Shown here: in pieces, positions 58,604 to 64,000 of the stretch | Position numbering within the stretch: the first letter of the stretch is position 1 | Layout: each line of letters starts with the position of its first letter | Assembly: GCA_965203905.1 (NCBI GenBank) | Contig: CBDBDQ010000005.1 | Location: 6,304,001 to 6,368,000, forward strand | Reading direction: 5' to 3' | Length of the DNA stretch: 64,000 bases | DNA from: Spirochaetia bacterium | Lineage (GTDB): Bacteria > Spirochaetota > Spirochaetia > SZUA-6 > Bin103 | Notes under the pieces: generated by a model | Database searches by the model: none | What the model was told of the DNA's origin: nothing | Seen by the model: the letters and a program-made list of their open reading frames with translations, nothing else | Position numbers and translations under genes: made by a program

Positions 58604-59962
58604 ATGCGCGCACCCACCACTTCCGCGGCGGCCACCCGGCTCGCCCTCCACGGCGGTCCGAGGGCGGTCACCCTGGAGCCGGACGACCTGTTCGCCTGGC
58701 CGATCGTGGACCAGGAGATCGAGGACGCGGTGCTGGCCGTGCTGCGCCGCGGCGCCATGTCGGGCCTCGACCAGACCGTGGAATTCGAGAAAGAGTTCGC
58801 CGCCTGGCAGGGGCGCCGCTACGCGCTGGCCCATAACACCGGCACCAACGCCATTCAAGCGGCGATGTGGGCCTGCGGCGTGCGCGTCGGCGACGAAGTG
58901 ATCTGCCCCAGCATCACCTACTGGGCCTCCGCCCTGCCCGCGTTCGGGCTCGGCGCCTCCCCGGTGTTCGCGGAGATCGACCCCACTACCCTGTGCCTGG
59001 ATCCGGCCGATCTGGAGCATCGCATCACCGGTCGCACCAGGGCCCTGGTGGTGGTTCACTACTGTGGTCATCCGGCGGAGCTGGAGCCGATCATGGAGCT
59101 CGCCCGCCACCACCGCCTCAAGGTGATCGAGGACGTGTCGCACGCCCACGGCGGCCTCTACCGCGACCGCAAGGTGGGCAACTTCGGCGCCGTGGCCGCC
59201 ATGTCGCTGATGAGCGGCAAGTCGCTCGCCATCGGCGAGGGCGGCATGCTCGTTACCGACGACCGCGAGATCTACGAGCGCGCCCTCGGCTGGGGCCACT
59301 ACGCGCGTTTCCACGGCCCGGTAGCGAGTGCCGAGCTGCAGCCGCTCCTGGGGCTGCCGATCGGCGGCTACAAGAACCGCATGCACCAGCTCAGCAGCGC
59401 CGTCGGCCGCGTCCAGCTGCCGCGCTACGACACCCAGGCCGCCGAGATCCGCCGCGCCATGAACTACTTCTGGGACCTGCTGGAGGGCGTGCCCGGCATC
59501 CGCCCGCACCGCGTGGCCGAGGCCGCCGGCAACAGCATGGGCGGCTGGTACGCGGCCCACGGACGGTACGTGCCGGAGGAGCTGGGTGGTCTCTCGGTAA
59601 CCGCGTTCGCCGCGGCGTTGCGCGCCGAGGGCAGTCAGTGCGGGCCCGGCACCAACCCGCCGCTGCACCTGCATCCGTTGTTCAACGATTACGACATCTA
59701 CGGCCACGGCACCCCGACCCGCATCGCCCACAGCGAGCGCGACCTGCGCCAGCCGCGTGGCAGCCTGCCGGTCAGCGAGGGAATCGGCGCGCGTGCCTAC
59801 TCGATCCCCTGGTTCAAGCACTACCGTCCGCGGATCATCGAGCAGCACGCGGCCGCCTACCGCAAGGTCGCCGCCGCCTACCGCGACCTGTTGGCCGACG
59901 ACCCCGGCAACCCGGAGACCCTCGGAGCGTGGGGCTTCTCCAGCGACCCGACCACGCGCTAG
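58604..59962 (+). CDS. DegT/DnrJ/EryC1/StrS PLP aminotransferase; start uncertain
   Basis: NTGTNA, VHYCG, IEDVSHAHG, SLMSGKSLAIGEGG. Confidence 0.88.
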   Translation: MRAPTTSAAATRLALHGGPRAVTLEPDDLFAWPIVDQEIEDAVLAVLRRGAMSGLDQTVEFEKEFAAWQGRRYALAHNTGTNAIQAAMWACGVRVGDEVICPSITYWASALPAFGLGASPVFAEIDPTTLCLDPADLEHRITGRTRALVVVHYCGHPAELEPIMELARHHRLKVIEDVSHAHGGLYRDRKVGNFGAVAAMSLMSGKSLAIGEGGMLVTDDREIYERALGWGHYARFHGPVASAELQPLLGLPIGGYKNRMHQLSSAVGRVQLPRYDTQAAEIRRAMNYFWDLLEGVPGIRPHRVAEAAGNSMGGWYAAHGRYVPEELGGLSVTAFAAALRAEGSQCGPGTNPPLHLHPLFNDYDIYGHGTPTRIAHSERDLRQPRGSLPVSEGIGARAYSIPWFKHYRPRIIEQHAAAYRKVAAAYRDLLADDPGNPETLGAWGFSSDPTTR

Positions 59963-59981
59963 CGCCGCAAGGAGGAATGGA

Positions 59982-61040
59982 ATGAGCATCGGTTTCGGCA
60001 TCGTCGGCCTGGGGATGATCGCGGACTTCCACGCCCGCGCGCTGCACGCGGCAACCGGCGCCGAGCTGGTGGCGTGCGCTTCGCGCAGCGCCGCCAAGGC
60101 GCAGGAGTTCGCCGCCGGGCACGGCTGCGCCGGCTATCACGACCTGCAGCAGTTTCTGCGGCACCCGGGGCTGGAGGTGGTGTCGATCGCCACCCCGTCA
60201 GGGGCCCACCTGGAGCCCGCCCTGGCCGCCATCGAAGCGGGCAAGCACCTGATCGTGGAGAAGCCGCTGGAGGTAACGGCCGAGCGCTGCGCCCGCCTGC
60301 TGGAGGCGGCGGCGCGCCGCGGCGTGGTGGTGGCCGGCATCTTCCCGTCGCGCTTTCTGGAGGTATCACGGCTGATCAAGCAGGCGATCGACGGCGGCCG
60401 GCTGGGACGGATCGTGCTCGGCGACGCCTACATCAAGTGGTACCGCACGCAGCAGTACTACGACGAAGGCGGCTGGCACGGCACCCGCCGGCTCGATGGC
60501 GGCGGTGCATTGATGAATCAGTCGATCCACGCCATCGACCTGCTGCAGTGGTTCATGGGGCCGGTGCAGCGGGTGCTGAGCGCCAGCGCCACCCTGGGAC
60601 ACCGCGACATCGAGGTGGAGGACACCGCCGCCGCCGTGGTGCAGTTCGCCAACGGCGCCCTGGGCACGATCGAGGGCAGCACCGCGGCCTACCCCGGGTT
60701 TCCCAAGCGGGTCGAGATCTACGGCACCGCCGGCAGCGTGGCCTCGGTGCAGGATCGGCTGGAGACCTGGACCTTCGCCGAGGAGCGGGCGGAGGACGCC
60801 GCCATCCGCGCCGAGTGGGGCCAGGTCGAAGCCAGTGGCGGCGGCGCCTCCAACCCGGCCGACATCGGCATCGAGGGCCACCAGGCGCAGTTCGAGGACC
60901 TGGTGCAGGCCCTGGACGGGGGCCGTGCACCCGCCATCGACGGTGCCGAGGCCTGCAAGGCGGTGCACCTTATCCTGGCGATCTACGAGAGCGCGGCGCG
61001 CGGCCAGCCGGTGGAACCGGCGCCGGTCGGCTCCGGCTGA
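59982..61040 (+). CDS. Gfo/Idh/MocA oxidoreductase
   Basis: VGLGMIA, VEKP, DGGGALMNQSIH; GGAGG RBS. Confidence 0.9.
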   Translation: MSIGFGIVGLGMIADFHARALHAATGAELVACASRSAAKAQEFAAGHGCAGYHDLQQFLRHPGLEVVSIATPSGAHLEPALAAIEAGKHLIVEKPLEVTAERCARLLEAAARRGVVVAGIFPSRFLEVSRLIKQAIDGGRLGRIVLGDAYIKWYRTQQYYDEGGWHGTRRLDGGGALMNQSIHAIDLLQWFMGPVQRVLSASATLGHRDIEVEDTAAAVVQFANGALGTIEGSTAAYPGFPKRVEIYGTAGSVASVQDRLETWTFAEERAEDAAIRAEWGQVEASGGGASNPADIGIEGHQAQFEDLVQALDGGRAPAIDGAEACKAVHLILAIYESAARGQPVEPAPVGSG

Positions 61041-61192
61041 TGCGCGCGCAACCTGCGCGAGTTCGCCGCCTTCGCACCGTTCCACGAGCGCCAGATGGCG
61101 CGGGTGCTGCGCGCCTTCCTGTGCCAGGCGGGAATCGGGGGGGTATTGACCAGCGTCTCTTGCTGGGCAACGGTGAGGGTATGGAAGGTGTG

Positions 61193-62845
61193 ATGTCACG
61201 GTCGCCGGTGCTGCTCAGCGCAGAGCAGGTTCGCCAGTTCATCGCCGACGGCTATCTGGTGTTGCAGCCGTCGCTGCCGGCCAACCTGCATCGGGCCATC
61301 TGCGGCCGGCTGGCCGCGGCGATTCCGGGGTCCGACAATCCCGGCAACAACGTCCTGCCGCTGGTACCCGAGATGCGCCACGTGCTGGAAGCGCCGGAGG
61401 TGCACGGCGCCCTGCTCAGCCTGCTCGGTCCCGGCTACCTCGAGCACCCGCATCGCTTCTGCCACATCGAGGCTCAGCAGTCCACGGAAGGGCTCGACTA
61501 CCCCGCCAAGCTGGCCGGCAACTGCCACCAGGACTCCTACACTCCCCTCGGCCGCCCGCGTCACCACCACATCCGCTACCTGCGTCTCATGTACTACCCG
61601 CAGGACACTCCGCAGGAGCTGGGGCCCACCCACGTCATTCCCGGCACCCACCTCAACGGCGGGCTGGACGACTCCGAACGGGCGCGGCCGTTGCCGGTGC
61701 GCGGCGGCGCCGGCACGGTGAGCCTGACCCACTTCGACCTGGGCCATGCCGCGGGTGTCAATTACAGCGCGCAGCGGCGCTTCATGGTGAAGTTCATCTT
61801 CATGCGCGCGACGGCGCCGCAGGCGAACGGCTGGTCCGGTCCGGACCAGGCCTGGGCCAACCCCGGGCAGATCGCCGGGCCGGATCGGCTGGAGTTGGCC
61901 TGGTCGCACCTGTGGGACTGGGTGCGAGGTGCGCAGCGCTACGCCAGCCTGGCCGCGGGGGCGCTGGCGCAAGACCCCCTTCCGGCGGCCAACGGTACGA
62001 GCGTGGCCGCGCTGCGCGAGCAACTGAACGCCGCCACGGACTCCACTGCGCGAGTTGCGGCCGCACACCTCCTGGCGGCCCGGGGCGCGGAAGCCGTAGC
62101 GGCGGTACCGGACCTGATTGCAGTCCTCAATCGCGTCCCCGATCCGGTGCGCATCGCCGCCACCTATGCCCTGGGCGCGATCGGCGCGCCGGCGGTGGAA
62201 CCGCTGGCCGCCGTACTGCGCGGCTCCCGCGATGCCCTGCCGCAGTTGCTGCGGGGTGTCGGTCGCTCCAAACGGCCGGTGTGGCGCGAGCAGGCGCTGG
62301 TGATGGACGACGCGGGGCACGCTCTGGGGGCGATGGGTGCTACGGCGCTGCCGGTCCTGATCGACCTGCTACGGGACGCCAGCGAGTGGGCCCGGGTCAA
62401 CGCCGCCTTTGCCCTGGGAGAGATGGACGCCGCCGCCCGCGACGCCGTTCCCGCGCTGGCAGCCGCGCTGGACGATCGGTCACACTTCGTGGTGCGCACC
62501 GCGGCGGACGCACTGGGTGCGATCGGAGCGGCTGAAGCCGCGGCTCCGCTGGGTGCCCTGCTGCACCAGGAACGTCCCGGCTGGGACGAACCCCAAATAC
62601 GCGGCTGGTGCCTCCGCGACCAGGTACGGGTCAATGCCGCCACGGCGCTGGCACGCCTGGGCACCGGTGCCGCCGCCGCCGAAGCCGACCTGATCGCCGC
62701 CCTTGACGACCCCTGCGGTCAGGTGACCAGCTTCGTGGTGACCGCGCTGCACCGCCTCGGCTCCCCCTCCGCCGCGGACGCCGCCCTCAGCATGCTCAGC
62801 GCCCAGCGCTGGGACCCCTCGCTCACCGGCGCCCACCGCTTCTGA
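61193..62845 (+). CDS. PhyH-type Fe(II)/2OG dioxygenase fused to HEAT/PBS-lyase repeats
   Basis: QFIADGYL, HQD, GPTHVIPGTH, distal His; repeats of R..AA.ALG. Confidence 0.82.
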   Translation: MSRSPVLLSAEQVRQFIADGYLVLQPSLPANLHRAICGRLAAAIPGSDNPGNNVLPLVPEMRHVLEAPEVHGALLSLLGPGYLEHPHRFCHIEAQQSTEGLDYPAKLAGNCHQDSYTPLGRPRHHHIRYLRLMYYPQDTPQELGPTHVIPGTHLNGGLDDSERARPLPVRGGAGTVSLTHFDLGHAAGVNYSAQRRFMVKFIFMRATAPQANGWSGPDQAWANPGQIAGPDRLELAWSHLWDWVRGAQRYASLAAGALAQDPLPAANGTSVAALREQLNAATDSTARVAAAHLLAARGAEAVAAVPDLIAVLNRVPDPVRIAATYALGAIGAPAVEPLAAVLRGSRDALPQLLRGVGRSKRPVWREQALVMDDAGHALGAMGATALPVLIDLLRDASEWARVNAAFALGEMDAAARDAVPALAAALDDRSHFVVRTAADALGAIGAAEAAAPLGALLHQERPGWDEPQIRGWCLRDQVRVNAATALARLGTGAAAAEADLIAALDDPCGQVTSFVVTALHRLGSPSAADAALSMLSAQRWDPSLTGAHRF

Positions 62846-63009
62846 TTCGCTCCGCCGCCCGGCGGCGGCCGGCACCCGGAGGAGCGACTCCAGGCTCGGG
62901 GCACGGCACGGGACGGTTCTGGACTTGCGATGGCCGTTGAACGCGCGGCGCGGGTGGCCCCGGATCCCGGAGCACCGCCGGCCGCACGGGTGCTCACGGT
63001 GGCGATTCG

Positions 63010-63771
63010 ATGAACGAGCTGCTCGGCCTGCTGCCGGTGCTGAGCCCGCTGCAGTGGGCCGGTTACGGCACCGGCGCGTTGCTGGTGGGAATCACCAAGA
63101 CCGGCATCCCCGGCCTCGGTCCGCTGGTCGTGCCGCTGCTGGCGAGCGTGTTCCCGGCGCGCGCCTCCACCGGCGTGCTGCTGCCGTTGCTGATCGCGGC
63201 CGACGTGTTCGCGGTGCTCCGCTACCGGCGCCACGCCGTGTGGCGCCACCTGGTGCGCATGCTGCCCTGGACCCTGGGAGGGGTGGTCGCGGGCTGGCGC
63301 GTGCTGGGCGCCGTCAACGACCGCCAGCTGGAGGTGATGATCGGCCTGATCGTGCTCGCGATCCTGGCCGTCGGGGCGGCGCGCGAGCGCTGGCCCGATG
63401 CCGGCGGCACCGTGTTCAGCTCCTGGTGGTGGGCGGCCCTGGTGGGGCTTGCGGCGGGCTTCACCACCATGGTCTCCAACGCCGCCGGGCCGATCATGGT
63501 CGTCTACCTGCTGGCGATGCGGCTGCCGAAGCGCGCGTTCGTCGGCACCGGCGCCTGGTACTACTTCCTGCTCAACCTGGTGAAGGTGCCGTTCAGCGTC
63601 AACCTGGGGCTGATCACCGGCGCCACCCTGCTCCTCAACGCGCTGGCCCTGCCGGCCATCGCGCTGGGCGCGCTGCTGGGCATGGTGGCCCTGGAACGCA
63701 TTCCCGAACGTGGCTTCACCCGCTCCATGCAGGCGCTGGCGGCGCTCGCGGCACTGAACCTGCTGCTCTGA
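63010..63771 (+). CDS. TauE/SafE (TSUP) family transporter
   Basis: GITKTGIPG, STGVLLPLL, GFTTMVSNAAGP, NLVKVPF. Confidence 0.88.
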   Translation: MNELLGLLPVLSPLQWAGYGTGALLVGITKTGIPGLGPLVVPLLASVFPARASTGVLLPLLIAADVFAVLRYRRHAVWRHLVRMLPWTLGGVVAGWRVLGAVNDRQLEVMIGLIVLAILAVGAARERWPDAGGTVFSSWWWAALVGLAAGFTTMVSNAAGPIMVVYLLAMRLPKRAFVGTGAWYYFLLNLVKVPFSVNLGLITGATLLLNALALPAIALGALLGMVALERIPERGFTRSMQALAALAALNLLL

Positions 63772-63824
63772 CGCGTGCGCGCGCGGTGGGCGCATCCGCC
63801 ACCCGCAAGATATATTGCGCGCGC

Positions 63825-64000
63825 ATGCATCGAACTCGCAGCACAATCGCCGCCGCCGCACGGCGGCGGTGGCGGCGACTGCAGTCGTCCACGGCTCTGG
63901 TACTGTTGCTGGCCGGTGCGGCCGCCTCTGGGTACGCCCAATCGTTGTTCGATCCCAGCGACCGTATCTACCGCCATCTGGCGATCTGGGAACAGCGCGG
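63825..64000 (+). CDS. Secreted protein, 5' part only (runs off window)
   Basis: Signal-like ALVLLLAGAAASGYA then QSLFDPSDRIYRHLAIWEQR; frame open to the end. Confidence 0.55.
   Translation, partial: MHRTRSTIAAAARRRWRRLQSSTALVLLLAGAAASGYAQSLFDPSDRIYRHLAIWEQR

Noticed and set aside
57509-62845. Apparent 862-aa and 923-aa giant proteins
   Set aside because: The extensions overlap other real genes; motifs start at 58510 and ~61193.
1-64000. CRISPR array, tRNA or rRNA genes
   Set aside because: No repeat-spacer array or recognisable structural RNA gene seen by eye.

Overview
GC-rich bacterial window. The 'LWAAGEDEAPAAA'-type solute-binding protein leader and the outer-membrane beta-barrels suggest a diderm, possibly spirochaete-like, host (inference only). 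Contents in order: (1) a corrinoid methyltransferase module with dehydrogenases and a P450 (1-7.1 kb); (2) a nested mobile-element stack (7.9-18.4 kb) in which an ISKra4-like composite with a 9-bp target duplication holds an HNH gene split by a tyrosine-integrase/IS91 unit plus a RIT element, followed by a second DDE IS; (3) catabolic genes and a peptide-type ABC importer; (4) an AT-richer toxin/defence islet (30-35 kb); (5) a putative glycolipid cluster (MMPL, GT1, di-domain KAS III, LuxE/LuxC-like pair, OleD-like reductase; 40.4-52.4 kb); (6) more oxidoreductases, tandem beta-barrels and a PhyH-HEAT fusion. The most notable signal is two complete ~2.1-kb elements (24517-26621, 52666-54744). 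Each has CAGG...CCTG terminal inverted repeats, its own 9-10-bp target duplication, a ~400-nt conserved non-coding leader and only an HNH-nuclease gene, with no recognisable transposase. All calls come from reading the sequence and recalled family motifs; no searches were run.
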